Assembly: GCA_977017575.1 (NCBI GenBank)
Contig: CDRNVI010000037.1
Span: 1-64,000, forward strand
Source: Paramoeba atlantica
Taxonomy: Eukaryota > Protista > Discosea
Length of the DNA: 64,000 bases
Direction: 5' to 3'
The translations under genes were made by a program, and so were the position numbers. This document shows, piece after piece, positions 11,701 to 21,407 of this stretch (the stretch's first letter is position 1; the number at the start of each line of letters is the position of its first letter). The notes below the pieces were generated by a model. It was given only the letters and a program-made list of their open reading frames with translations. It ran no database searches and was not told the DNA's origin.

Positions 11701-12071
11701 TACGACGTCTCCATCACGGTACCATTCCCTTGAAGCCCTCCGATCGCTCTTCCCTGATTGGGTACTACGGCCGTGTAGGTGCTGTGGAGAAAATGGAAGA
11801 AATGGCGAACGAGCTGAAGAAGGCTGACGTGTCAGTGAGCTATGCGGCGTTAAATTCCATGGCGCGGACGTACGCCAAGGCGGGAAAGTTTGAAAACACC
11901 ATCGAGGTTCTTCACAGATTAAGGGACAAGAAACAAGTCCCAGACGCCTCCACAAGTTTAATGCTGAGTGGACTGTTTCTGAAGGCAGGGTTGCAGGAAC
12001 AGGCCCAACAGGTTGTTGAGTGGAGGAAACAGTACGCACAGTCTTATGCTGATGAGATTGAACAAGCCTAA
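8718..12071 (+). CDS. Pentatricopeptide repeat (PPR) protein, probably mitochondrial
   Basis: Many ~35-aa PPR units (VYNEMVKWYSLMG, TYTWIFRSLGK, VTYGTLITVFGR, VTYHQIMNAYAK). Likely ATG 8718 (MLRHPLL...) after a pyrimidine-rich tract; the ORF track starts at 8574. Confidence 0.9.
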   Translation: MLRHPLLPCRKITSSLSSHPPPPPLPLFPTPHAPYSTPPTPPPRFHPFTRRDEDELLHTVTTKPRHVLRKVRQLVWRSRKRELQFRSTLTFLVLTLQDQLRARALPPATASAIMEAVMRECVRLAQHDMAHLLFRAFLRFRKHGCGVTVNCVRYLFESYKGGVGSSKNTCMNHDMDGKKNIKNTNDENRKNNENRYKNDEKNENHENRNKNDNNTCKKSPKNDEKNTDPENTDHNNPCYNNNQEFMYQLACEMRGESGLRPLCMAALLYAGRPKEAEAMRGAGGETGEMTTQDRLALLEGYDKLDDVKRLGELEREFLETPQGGGEGENAEGEKQAKESKAAVVKTLLRIYQRRGAYEKVEGLLGVVTQCGLALDPVAFCSILRHRTQKAQTVEELNEAEQAVRDMGYEFDIAGYSILVSAYARLTTFGDRASEEIMLGKVDTLLGSIEARLKHGDPDLDVSVSHLRAVIRGYGAAGKAERMREAWKRMQFRGLSNDTRVYNEMVKWYSLMGSVKDVLDLKEHMKESEVYPDAQTYTWIFRSLGKYYPRQVAALYEEIQSNRVRPDLTLYTTMLGVFGDLRMEDKVKKIVSEMQKREEAGTLQPSPFTYAVLMRLHSSNLAKVEELFAEAQKKGVGDFPHVITIYLHCLTRANEREKINTLLQSWPTWHTNVYNVLIAFHARHDERDKVFELLDKMKTENVEYNHVTYGTLITVFGRWKDTPRVLEVMEKMKTSGNSQLNAHFYSILASTYSRLGDKEGVNDAWEDLQSSRLYPDTEVYNTFLALYGKQHNVDKMQHVLDNMLKNVPPNPLTSSTVVDMLGKAGKISDMEQLVGEMKNHPDMCPTSVTYHQIMNAYAKTADVRKMEHTRAEMLEKGYTENAVTYNILSDGYGRAKRYEQLGELVQERVSKGIPMEETGVCVLVTSFARARMIKDVNKTISLFVPDPDTPPVKEGEEKSEEKPPTSPSVPYTNKLVWTMIDAYCRCGDAHRMEQWVRRLHHGTIPLKPSDRSSLIGYYGRVGAVEKMEEMANELKKADVSVSYAALNSMARTYAKAGKFENTIEVLHRLRDKKQVPDASTSLMLSGLFLKAGLQEQAQQVVEWRKQYAQSYADEIEQA

Positions 12072-12312
12072 TGCTTCCTTTTTTCGTTTATGTGTATAGC
12101 ACCAAAAAAATGCGCCCATTTTACTTTTTTAAAAACAAAAATGATCCACGATAGTTTCACATCACCCTTCAATTACGATTCTTTGTGTCCACGTTTACCA
12201 CACGCTGCAGTGTAACGCAATCCTCATGTATTACACAATGTACGAACTCTCTACCATGAAAAAACAAAGTCGCTTTCTTCTTTTTACAACACACACACAC
12301 ACACTCACCCCC

Positions 12313-14610
12313 ATGTCCACCCCCCACGAACCGACCTACCCCGAGACCTTTAACGGGGTCATTGGCATTGATCTCGGCACCACCTACTCCTGCGTCGCTG
12401 TTTTTCGTCACAACCGGGTCGAGGTCATCCCCAACGACCAAGGCAACCGCACCACCCCATCCGTCGTGTCCTTCACCCCCGAGGGCACCGTCATCGGGGA
12501 CGGCGCCCGCAACCTTCTCACCCGCTACCCCGCCTCCACACTCTACGACGCGAAACGCCTGATTGGTCGTAAATTCACCGACCGTGAGGTTCAGCAGGAT
12601 ATCCCGATGTGGCCGTTTAAACTGATCCAGGACCCCAACAGTGGGAATATTCAATATGTCCTGGGTGAAAACAACAATAGCAACAACACGGATATGAGTA
12701 ATAATGAGAAGGATATGACAAATAGATCAAACGCGTCCTCCCTGCTCTTCCCCGAGGAGCTCAGCGCCCTGGTGCTTCGTTACCTCCGTACCTGTGCGGA
12801 ACGGTTCCTTCACCAAAATGTCAAGACCGCAGTGCTCACAGTCCCGGCCTACTTCACCGATGCCCAACGGGAGCGTACAAAGGCCGCGGGGCAGATTGCG
12901 GGGCTCGAAATCTGTCGTATCATTAATGAGCCCACAGCCGCAGCCCTGGCCTATGGGCTGGAGCCCCATGGAAAACAAAATAAGGAAGGGAAACCAATGT
13001 TAAAAGAAGATGAAAAGAATAAGGAAAGTGAAATTTTGAAAGAAGATGAAAACAAAAAGGAAAGTAAAATTTTAAATGAAGATGAAAACAAAAAGGAAAG
13101 TGAAATTTCAAAAGAAGATGAAAAGAATAAGGAAAGCAAAACCATTTTAGTGTTTGACCTCGGAGGGGGCACGTTTGATGTCTCCGTGATTGTCCTCGAG
13201 CAGGGGGTACGGGAGGTGAAGGCCACCGCCGGGGACACCCACCTCGGGGGACAGGACTTTGACAGCGCTGTGGTGCACGCGTGGGTGGAGGAGATACAGC
13301 AAACCCACGACGTGGATTTGAGTAAAAATGTGAAAGCGATGGCACGACTGCGGAATGTCGCGGAGAGTGCGAAACGGACGCTGAGTTACGCACAAAGCTT
13401 TGAGACCGAGGTGCCGGGGTTGGTGGGAGGGGAGGATAAAATATTGCGGCTGAGTCGGGCGAAATTCGATGAGTTAAACGAGGGGCTGTTTCGGAAATGT
13501 CTCGTGGAGGTGGAGAGGGTGCTGAAAAGTGCCAAGGTACATGAGAAGCAGGTGGATGAGGTGTTGCTGGTGGGGGGGAGCACGCGGATTGTGAAGATTC
13601 AAACGCTGCTGGGGGAGTACTTTAAGGGTGTGGTGCTGAGTCAGTCGGTGAACCCGGATGAGGCGGTGGCTGCGGGGGCCGCCGTCCAGGGGGCGATTCT
13701 CAGCGAAGCCCCGGAGCAGCAAAGTGAGGCTACAAAGGATATGCTCCTGCTGGATGTCGCCTCCCTCTCGATCGGGGTGAATATTGACGAGGGCAGGATG
13801 GATGTACTGATCCCACGTAACAGCTCCATTCCCACCCGTGTCACAAAGGAGTACCACACCATAGATGATTACCAAACCGAGGTGCTGGTGGAAATCTACG
13901 AAGGGGAACGCCCTCGAGTGTCCCAAAACCATTTGCTCGGGAACTTTCGACTCACGGGGATACGAAAGGCCAAACGAGGAAAAGTGGACATTGCGGTGAC
14001 GTTTGCCGTGGACGCCAATGGAGTGCTCACCGTAACCGCCGAGGAGGTGGGGGGGAAGAAGCAGTCTCTTGTGGTGAAAAACCAGGACCGGTTGGGGGTA
14101 CAGGAGATTGAGCAAATGGTTAAAAACGCGGAGGAACGCGCCGCCGAGGACGCCACGCTTCGACGTGTCCTGGAGCTTCGCACGGAGGTGGAGCGACGGC
14201 TCTACCAGGCTCGTTCCTCTCTGAATTCTTTGCTCAAACACTTCAGTTCGTCGGATCCTGCGCATGAGGAGTCCTTGAAACTGAAGGAAAAGGTGGGAAA
14301 AGCTTTTGCGTGGTTGCTGGATAAGGGACTGGATGTGACTCTAGAAGAGTTAGAAAGAAATGGCACCAAGTTGGACAATATCGAGAGTGCGGTTGAAAGA
14401 CTGCAGAGTCTTGCGAAAGAGTCTGGCAAAGAGAAGCGGAAAGACAGCTCCGTGCACTCACCTCATTCTCCTGAAGAGAAAAAGAAGAAAAGAGAAAAAT
14501 TGAAGGCGAAATATCACGTTGCGGAGGCCCCGAACGAAGAAAGTAGGGAAACTCCAGCGGAGGATAAGAGCACTAATGATCAGGGTGATGAAGCAGAGGA
14601 AGTCAACTAA
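12313..14610 (+). CDS. Hsp70-family chaperone, divergent, with insertions
   Basis: [67 protein letters not shown]. Likely ATG 12313; no EEVD terminus. Confidence 0.93.
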   Translation: MSTPHEPTYPETFNGVIGIDLGTTYSCVAVFRHNRVEVIPNDQGNRTTPSVVSFTPEGTVIGDGARNLLTRYPASTLYDAKRLIGRKFTDREVQQDIPMWPFKLIQDPNSGNIQYVLGENNNSNNTDMSNNEKDMTNRSNASSLLFPEELSALVLRYLRTCAERFLHQNVKTAVLTVPAYFTDAQRERTKAAGQIAGLEICRIINEPTAAALAYGLEPHGKQNKEGKPMLKEDEKNKESEILKEDENKKESKILNEDENKKESEISKEDEKNKESKTILVFDLGGGTFDVSVIVLEQGVREVKATAGDTHLGGQDFDSAVVHAWVEEIQQTHDVDLSKNVKAMARLRNVAESAKRTLSYAQSFETEVPGLVGGEDKILRLSRAKFDELNEGLFRKCLVEVERVLKSAKVHEKQVDEVLLVGGSTRIVKIQTLLGEYFKGVVLSQSVNPDEAVAAGAAVQGAILSEAPEQQSEATKDMLLLDVASLSIGVNIDEGRMDVLIPRNSSIPTRVTKEYHTIDDYQTEVLVEIYEGERPRVSQNHLLGNFRLTGIRKAKRGKVDIAVTFAVDANGVLTVTAEEVGGKKQSLVVKNQDRLGVQEIEQMVKNAEERAAEDATLRRVLELRTEVERRLYQARSSLNSLLKHFSSSDPAHEESLKLKEKVGKAFAWLLDKGLDVTLEELERNGTKLDNIESAVERLQSLAKESGKEKRKDSSVHSPHSPEEKKKKREKLKAKYHVAEAPNEESRETPAEDKSTNDQGDEAEEVN
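12997..13140 (+). repeat. 36-bp coding tandem repeat (KEDE(K/N)(N/K)KES(E/K)I(L/S)) x~4 inside the Hsp70 ATPase domain
   Basis: Units read directly between AYGL and ILVFDLGGG. Confidence 0.85.
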
Positions 14611-15087
14611 CATATTGCGTCAACGAAAGGAGAAGCGTGTAGTTGCAAGAAGAGCTCATGGTCATACTTCTGTGCGTCATGAGCGACTTAATCTTATTCC
14701 ATCTGCAAGAATTTGCAAACGAAGAGACAAAAGAGAAATTGCAATAGCCTGCTTTTTTATTTTGTACATGTCAACATTGCTTTTGTTTTTCAAAGCTTTT
14801 CTTACGATTGTCTGACTTAGCCACCCTACGGGTAAACCTACAGGATAAAGTTTATGCGTACTGTATCAAGCTAGTAGCCGGTTGTATTCGTTAGTTTTCT
14901 GCTTCGGTGGTATACAAACGATTACTGTACTCTTTGTATATAACCCTTTGTATGTAAATATAACCCTTTGTATCTTTTATCCTTGTATTGCTCTACCTGA
15001 GTATAATTTTTCATCCGATCAAATTTGTGTGTTACACCTCTCTCAAGAAAATGGTACGCCACTCCAACATTTCTTCTTCTTTAGCTC

Positions 15088-17370
15088 ATGAAAAGTGATA
15101 TCACGCAAGATATTCTCGTTGCTGTTTGTGGACAACGAGATATTGCCTCTAAGTTGCCGACCACAAAATCAGTTAATTTGAAACCATGCCGAGCTAGCGA
15201 ATTTCTGAACAAAGTACTTCCCTCTTTCTTGTCGATACCATCTTTAATCCCGACTATTAAAAGCAATGATGAACAATATCTTGTATGCATTACCATAGCC
15301 AAGTTGCTAGGCAATGCCGTATTCACTAGTCTGCAAAATATAATTACGTCAAGTGACTCGATAAACGATCAAAATGTTATGGAATGGATAGAGCAAGTCA
15401 CGGGGTGTTTCGAATATGTTACCGAACGAATTCTCCCCTGTATATCTTCTGTCTGTGCTCGCCAGAAAGCTGCAGAAAAAGCAACAGGTCGGATTCACTC
15501 AACTACAGAATATCGAGAGGTCGTGGACACATTTTATTGTCACGTTCATGCTTCACTGGAGGCATACTGTGGGAGAATTCGAACGACTCATTCTGAATCT
15601 GCGCGATGGATTGAGCACGCTGACGGTTTTATGCGGAGACTGATAGAAGTCTCTTTGCTTCACGAAGAATGTTCTTCAAGCATTAGAGAGTTGGGGGTAA
15701 ACCGACTTCCTTGTCTACATGCAGCAGTTCAGAAACTCATCGAAATTCAAGTCAAGAAATGTGTGGGTCAATGGAATAGGACTCCTTTACACCACAGGGC
15801 ATTCCATAAAGTGTTGGAAGAGATAAATATTTACACAAATGGATTTGGTCGTTTAGGAATAGAAATTCATGCGAATGCGTACGAAAAGGTTTTTTCAAAA
15901 GAAATGTATCGACTGCGCTTGGATCAGCTGCTCCTTATTTTCTTAGAGTATCCTGAAACGATCGCCTCTTTGAACGATTTTCAGGATGCAATGAATTTCT
16001 TGCTGGACAGCTCTGAATTGAATCGGCGAGAGGTTACCGAACAGATTACCACAAGCCTCGTAAGCCAGTGGGAAGATTATTTTGTGCAAGATAAGCATAC
16101 AACGACGGCTATCCGTCTCTATTTTCTCGCGTCTTGGATCTCCACTCATGAGCTGGAAAAAGCATTGAACGTCTTTAACGCTGAAATGTTTCTTGTCGCC
16201 TTGCGAGAAAAGTCCGATATCATAAAGGAAATTGCCTTTGCATTTCTGGACCCTCATAGCGTGTTACGGATTCCGGCTGCAGATGTCTCAGAGAAGGAGG
16301 AAGAGAATGACAGGGATAAAATCTTTTTGAAACTTCTTGAACACGTTTCTAAAGAACAATTTTTGTTAGTCTATCATGAAAAATTGGCCTCTCAGCTCTT
16401 AAAATCTGACAAGTCGAACATAGATAACGAATCTAGCAGTATCGATCGCCTCGAGAGACTGCTGGGAGAAAATAGCGTAAACTCGTTTCGAATTATGCTT
16501 AGTGACGTTGTGGCTTCGCACCGACTTGAGCAAAGTATCCAAAAGAAGCCGCGATCCAGGATAGCTCGCGATACTTCTTCAGTTCAGGTGGCATTTACCA
16601 TACTTTCAGAAAGTTTTTGGCCGAAGTTTCCTACAGAAAGCGCCGTTGGCATTCGCTGGCACCCTAAAATTGATGAGCACTTAAAAACAATTTCTCGTGT
16701 ATACGAGACGAAGTACTCTAGACGCACTTTGAGTTGGCATATAGCCCATAGCGAGGTGGAGATAGAGCTTGAGCAAATCAATGACAAAAGAACAAAAGAA
16801 CACGCTCACATCTTGACGGTAAACGTAGTACAAGCAAGTGCTCTACTTTATATAGTTGAAACATTGCCCGTACTGTCGGCATCTTTAGGGATTCCTGGAA
16901 ATGATTTCGTACAAGGGATGAAAACATCAATCATTTCGAAGAAATTGGGAATCTCGGTATCGATGTTATCCGGATATTTACATGATCTTGTACCGACTAC
17001 ACTAAAATATTATCCCGGGAACGAACCGGTTTATGTACTTTCAACAAATAGATCGTTTCCATCAGAATTCTTGAGTAATACAAAGGAAGCTACAAGCAAC
17101 AAAGATAAGGGAGCGGGCGAGCATGACCGTGAAGACGAATCAAAAGAGGTAAACGACATTCAACCGATGATAGATTCAGTGTGCCACTCTATTCTTTCAT
17201 ATTTGCAAAGCAGTGCTGTCCCCAAAGCGCAGTCACAAATTGAAAGTTCTTTACGGATTTTCGGTCAGTTACCAAGGGGTGCTCCAATAAACCTCATAGG
17301 GAACTGCATTTCAACATTAGAAATAGATGACAAGGTCTTGCGCAGGAATAACAAGTTTACATTGAAGTAA
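15088..17370 (+). CDS. APC2: Cullin-homology protein, probably anaphase-promoting complex subunit 2
   Basis: FLLVYHEKLASQLL, IMLSDV, ILSESFWPKFP, RTLSWHIAHSEVEIELE, VNVVQASALLYI, and a short C-terminal winged-helix-like region. It lacks the neddylation motif typical of true cullins. Confidence 0.68.
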   Translation: MKSDITQDILVAVCGQRDIASKLPTTKSVNLKPCRASEFLNKVLPSFLSIPSLIPTIKSNDEQYLVCITIAKLLGNAVFTSLQNIITSSDSINDQNVMEWIEQVTGCFEYVTERILPCISSVCARQKAAEKATGRIHSTTEYREVVDTFYCHVHASLEAYCGRIRTTHSESARWIEHADGFMRRLIEVSLLHEECSSSIRELGVNRLPCLHAAVQKLIEIQVKKCVGQWNRTPLHHRAFHKVLEEINIYTNGFGRLGIEIHANAYEKVFSKEMYRLRLDQLLLIFLEYPETIASLNDFQDAMNFLLDSSELNRREVTEQITTSLVSQWEDYFVQDKHTTTAIRLYFLASWISTHELEKALNVFNAEMFLVALREKSDIIKEIAFAFLDPHSVLRIPAADVSEKEEENDRDKIFLKLLEHVSKEQFLLVYHEKLASQLLKSDKSNIDNESSSIDRLERLLGENSVNSFRIMLSDVVASHRLEQSIQKKPRSRIARDTSSVQVAFTILSESFWPKFPTESAVGIRWHPKIDEHLKTISRVYETKYSRRTLSWHIAHSEVEIELEQINDKRTKEHAHILTVNVVQASALLYIVETLPVLSASLGIPGNDFVQGMKTSIISKKLGISVSMLSGYLHDLVPTTLKYYPGNEPVYVLSTNRSFPSEFLSNTKEATSNKDKGAGEHDREDESKEVNDIQPMIDSVCHSILSYLQSSAVPKAQSQIESSLRIFGQLPRGAPINLIGNCISTLEIDDKVLRRNNKFTLK

Positions 17371-17552
17371 AAAAGCATGATTATTTATTGCGTTAGTTGC
17401 ACCAACATTGCTTTCCTTGAAGGCTACAAAACAGTGACGCATGGCCTTTAGCACATTCCACACGTTGTTACACAAGCCTGTGATCCGCTAACCAATAGAA
17501 AGTGTCCCTCTCCCTTGTTAATGCTAAAAATGTGTATTACCAATTTTCAGTA

Positions 17553-18112
17553 CAGAGCGGAACTTAATTACGGGGCACCATAGTTAAGGGACACCCCCTT
17601 TGGGGTCAAAAGTGTCCCTTAGCTTTCAGCTGTCTTATGGAAAAGGGCGATATTACATACACCATTATTGTGTTTTAACAATTTTTTTTCTTGCAAATAC
17701 TGTCCCCCCCCTTAAGAGCACCCGGTCAGACCCCCCCGTTTAAGCGCACATAGAGTTGAGATGCGGACTCCGGCGCCACGAAGCGGCGCCAAATTTGTTT
17801 TTACGTACTGATTCAGACCCCCCCGTTTAAGCGCACTTTTCACGGAAAACGAGGTGCGCTTAAACGGGGGGGACAGTATATCTTCTCATGGAGCCGCACC
17901 AAGTCCAAGTTTCAGCAAGATCAATTTCAACCAGTGTCCCTGTGGTCGGCGAACTTGCGCTTGAGGAACGTGGAAAGGCTGAAAATGGGACCCACAACAC
18001 TTTGTTACGGGCAGTGGGAGCGAAACTCCCAAGGCCCAAGTGCCCCTTCATTAAGTGTCCCGTAATTAAGTTGTCCCGTAATTAACGTGTCCCGCAATTA
18101 AATCCCGCTCTG
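17553..18112. mobile_element. TA-flanked MITE (pogo/Tc1-like)
   Basis: TA|CAGAGCGGAACTTAATTACGGGGCAC is inverted with GTGTCCCGCAATTAAATCCCGCTCTG|TA. Subterminal GTCCCGTAATTAA repeats at 18057-18100. Confidence 0.85.
17700..17876. mobile_element. 177-bp MITE nested in the 17553-18112 element
   Basis: TA|CTGTCCCCCCCCTTAAGAGCAC is inverted with GTGCGCTTAAACGGGGGGGACAG|TA. Internal GACCCCCCCGTTTAAGCGCAC repeats. Confidence 0.85.
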
Positions 18113-18215
18113 TACATGATATCAGCGCAATGGCGCAAATTCATGTACTATATCCCCCCCTGCTTATGAGTTCCCCCAATTGAGGTACGCTTAAGAGTTC
18201 CTTGTTCTAAAGTGA

Positions 18216-19211
18216 ATGGCTTTGTACCCACTTTTCGCTACGGAATCGCTCACTAAGTGGGTACCCATAATTAGCACATTTTGTTCTTTATTTTTTACAA
18301 TGCAGAGTGTCATATTCCAAATACATTATTTCCTTTCTGCGGCAGAAGATCAACCCCCCCGCTCCTCGTGTCTGAGACGTGGAAAAGTCGATGTCTCGTT
18401 GCTCTCCCACCTGGAGCTACTCGATCAGTTTGTCCAGCACGTACGAAACCGTCCCAAAAGTTGGACTGTCGGGAAGCATTCTCACGCATGCCATTGGAGA
18501 GGCATTACATGTGACTCTAACCGGCAGGTGGTACGACTTCTGTGGGATAATCTCGAGCTGCGGGGAAACCTCACCTTTGGGTTACTCCCCGTAACGCTGC
18601 GGTCGCTGCGGGTGTCAGAAAACGGGTGTGCTGGTAGTGTCGCCGAGCACAATTGGCCCCCCAATCTTGAGCTCGTGAAAATGGGTCGAAATCAGTTCTC
18701 CGGCGACGTGCCTTGGGAACTTTTTCCGAAGGGCACTGAGCATATTGATTTCCATAATAACCGCTTTGAAGGTCCGTTACAGGCAGAGAAGTTGCCCCAG
18801 ACACTGGTAACACTGAACGTGGCTTACAACAAATTCCAGGGCCACTTGGATCTCACCTCGCTCCCCCGTTCGTTAAGGATTTTGGACTTGGAAAACAATC
18901 AGTTCACAGGAAAAATTGCTCTTCACACGCTTCCTAACGGAATGCGTAGATTATTTTTAAATGGGAACCACCTAGAGGGTTCAGTAGCTATTGGGGTGCT
19001 TCCCAAAGGCATGCAACAGATTTCGCTGGCTTCAAACTCATTTAAAGGGGAATTACGCTTGGAAGTGGAGGAAGCGCAACTTCCTCGGGGTTTATTCTTC
19101 ATTGATATATCACACAATTCCTTCGTGTTGTTACCTGAGTGGTTGCCATCTATCTTCATCTTAAGCGAATCACAAAAACGAATACGCGACGGTTTAGCTA
19201 ACGCACGTTAG
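18216..19211 (+). CDS. LRR family protein (W-x-G-x-x-C cap + ~23-aa LRRs)
   Basis: RRGKV...HACHWRGITC cap; repeats LPxxLxxLxLxxNxFxGxLDL. Confidence 0.85.
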   Translation: MALYPLFATESLTKWVPIISTFCSLFFTMQSVIFQIHYFLSAAEDQPPRSSCLRRGKVDVSLLSHLELLDQFVQHVRNRPKSWTVGKHSHACHWRGITCDSNRQVVRLLWDNLELRGNLTFGLLPVTLRSLRVSENGCAGSVAEHNWPPNLELVKMGRNQFSGDVPWELFPKGTEHIDFHNNRFEGPLQAEKLPQTLVTLNVAYNKFQGHLDLTSLPRSLRILDLENNQFTGKIALHTLPNGMRRLFLNGNHLEGSVAIGVLPKGMQQISLASNSFKGELRLEVEEAQLPRGLFFIDISHNSFVLLPEWLPSIFILSESQKRIRDGLANAR

Positions 19212-19473
19212 CTAAATCATAAAAGAACACGAAATAAAGATTCTTTCAAAAACAAAAGACTTTTTAAAACAGAAGCGTGTATATTAATTTTGAGTCAAGT
19301 GACCTGAAAAGTGTACCCGAAAGATACATTCTTTTAAACTGTTGATTTCAAGATTGTACGTATTCCCTTAGTCTCCTTCATCCATTAATTTTATTACATT
19401 TCGTCATGATATTTTAAATTTAAGGCGCAAGCTTGGTGCCGCCGCGGGGTACGGTAGCTGGGCGAAGGGTGTA

Positions 19474-19859
19474 CAGAGGGGACGATATATAAAATTTATC
19501 ATCTGAAAAAAGAATGATTTATTGACCCCCTTTATACTTCGCCCATTTTGAGCAGTAACGAAGTATAAAGGGGGGTCTGAATTTTTTCTCCGCTGTAAAA
19601 AAAAGGCAGCGCCGCTTCGCGACGCGGCTCTTCCAGTTTTCCTGCCTCTCCTTTTATATCACCTTCCATTTCTAGAAGAGAAGACTTAGAACGTTCTTGT
19701 TTTTTTCTAAAGTTTTAAGAAAAATTACGTAATTTTTAAAAAACAATCGTCCCCCCTCCGGGGGGCACACGAAGAACGAAGTATAAAGGGGTGGGGTCTG
19801 ACCAGCGAAGTATAAAGGGGGGGGGTCACAGTACATTAATTTCAAGGGGGGTCACAGTA
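19474..19859. mobile_element. Composite or nested MITE remnants
   Basis: Iterated CGAAGTATAAAGGGG motif (~19559, ~19777, 19806; inverse at 19524-19541). Two right ends GGGGTCACAG|TA at 19831 and 19857. A second IR pair CAGAGGGGACGAT (19474) / ATCGTCCCCCCTCCG (to 19760). Confidence 0.6.
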
Positions 19860-19991
19860 CTAAAAAAGGTCCACACAAAGGATCTTGTTACTGTGTCAAG
19901 TCTTTGTCCAGCATAACCAACTCATCCTTTATTTCTCCTTCTTCCTCCACCCTTTTCTACCTTCTCCCCCCTCTTATTTCTTCTCCTTTCC

Positions 19992-21074
19992 ATGTCTTCC
20001 ACCTCCGCCGAATCTCCCCCCTCCCCCCACTGGGGTTTTGACATTGCCTCCACGTTTGCCGCGGGCCTTGTTGCGGGGTGCTGCTCCCGGACCCTCACCG
20101 CGCCCCTGGACCGCATCAAGCTCCTGATGCAGGAGGGCCGCATCCTGCAGCACACGATGCCCCACCCCACGGTGCACATCCTGGCGCGTGACCTGCAGCG
20201 TCCCCGGTACAACCTCCCGGAGGTCGTGCGCGTGGTGATGCGGGAGGGGGGGCTCAGCTCCTTCTGGCGCGGCAACGGCATCAACTGCCTGAAAGCGGGG
20301 CCGGAGTTCGCGACGATGTTCACCGCGCGCCACTTCTTTGAGTCCCAGTTCGGGTCCTCCCCGGGGGAGGGGACCCGCGCCGAAGGGGAGCGTACGAACG
20401 TGTTGGAGAACTTTGTGCTGGCGGGGGCTGCCGGGGCGACGGCACAGATTCTGATCTACCCAATGGAGCTGATTAAGGCCCGTATGGCGGTGGCCAGTGC
20501 GGGGGAGTTTCGTGGCCTGGGGGATTGTGTCGTGCAGTGCTGGCGACGGGGTGGGGCGCGAGAGTTCTACAAGGGACTGGGAGCTAACCTTTCGGGGATT
20601 GTCCCGAATCGTGGTATCGAGATGGGATTGTTTTTCACCTTAGAGGACCTGTGGAGAAGCAGCACGGGGGAAGCCCCGCCGGTGAAGGCGCTGACAGTGA
20701 TGGGGGCGGTGTCCTCGACCATCGCACAAATTGCGACCTACCCGTTGAATTTAGTGCGGCTGAAAATGCAAATTCAAGGGGTGAACGGACGCCCGGTTAT
20801 CTACTCCTCCATGTTTCACTGCATCACCCATATTTTTCGCAATGAGGGATACAGAGGTTTGTTTCGTGGGATCCTTCCCAATCTAATGAAAGGGGTACCT
20901 GCTTCCACTTCTATGTACGTTATCTTTCGAGGTACGAAGAATGCGATAGATTCGCAATTAGATCCATTGAAAGGTATAAAAAAGGAGAGCACGAAGCCTG
21001 AAGTCCAAAACTTGCCAGTCACTACATCCCCAGAGAGTGTTGCCATTGCAACGCCGGATACAGTGGCTGAGTAG
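19992..21074 (+). CDS. Mitochondrial carrier (SLC25), ATP-Mg/Pi carrier-like without EF-hands
   Basis: Three Px(D/E)xxK/R signatures (PLDRIK, PMELIK, PLNLVR), FWRGNGINCLK, YKGLGANL, FRGILPNLMK. Confidence 0.9.
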   Translation: MSSTSAESPPSPHWGFDIASTFAAGLVAGCCSRTLTAPLDRIKLLMQEGRILQHTMPHPTVHILARDLQRPRYNLPEVVRVVMREGGLSSFWRGNGINCLKAGPEFATMFTARHFFESQFGSSPGEGTRAEGERTNVLENFVLAGAAGATAQILIYPMELIKARMAVASAGEFRGLGDCVVQCWRRGGAREFYKGLGANLSGIVPNRGIEMGLFFTLEDLWRSSTGEAPPVKALTVMGAVSSTIAQIATYPLNLVRLKMQIQGVNGRPVIYSSMFHCITHIFRNEGYRGLFRGILPNLMKGVPASTSMYVIFRGTKNAIDSQLDPLKGIKKESTKPEVQNLPVTTSPESVAIATPDTVAE

Positions 21075-21407
21075 TGGTTACAAATCCAATACACCGTATC
21101 CTGACAAACCAGTTCTTTGTAGTTTTGAGGTCGCGCAAAATTCTAGTCCAGATCCACTTACAGCGACTTATATTTTCCGAATTGTAATTCGGAGCCTATG
21201 TTTATCTTGACCATACTCACGTTATGTCCCTCTGCTTGTTGTCACGCGTATACTTTTAAATGGGCGGTAGAATTATGAGGTGTAGTCCCACAGCGCATGT
21301 GTTTTTCGTGAGTAATCGTCAACGTATCCCGATCATCTCATTTTTCTTACATGACTAGATTTTTTTCTTTCCCCATTTGATCTATACAGACTTCTTACGC
21401 AAACGCC

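Noticed and set aside
8721-14265. Long antisense or alternative-frame ORFs over PPR and Hsp70 (likewise over NOC4, LRR 52951, the retrotransposon and SPT5)
   Set aside because: They are shadows of GC-rich coding sequence with no recognisable domains and lie opposite well-supported genes.
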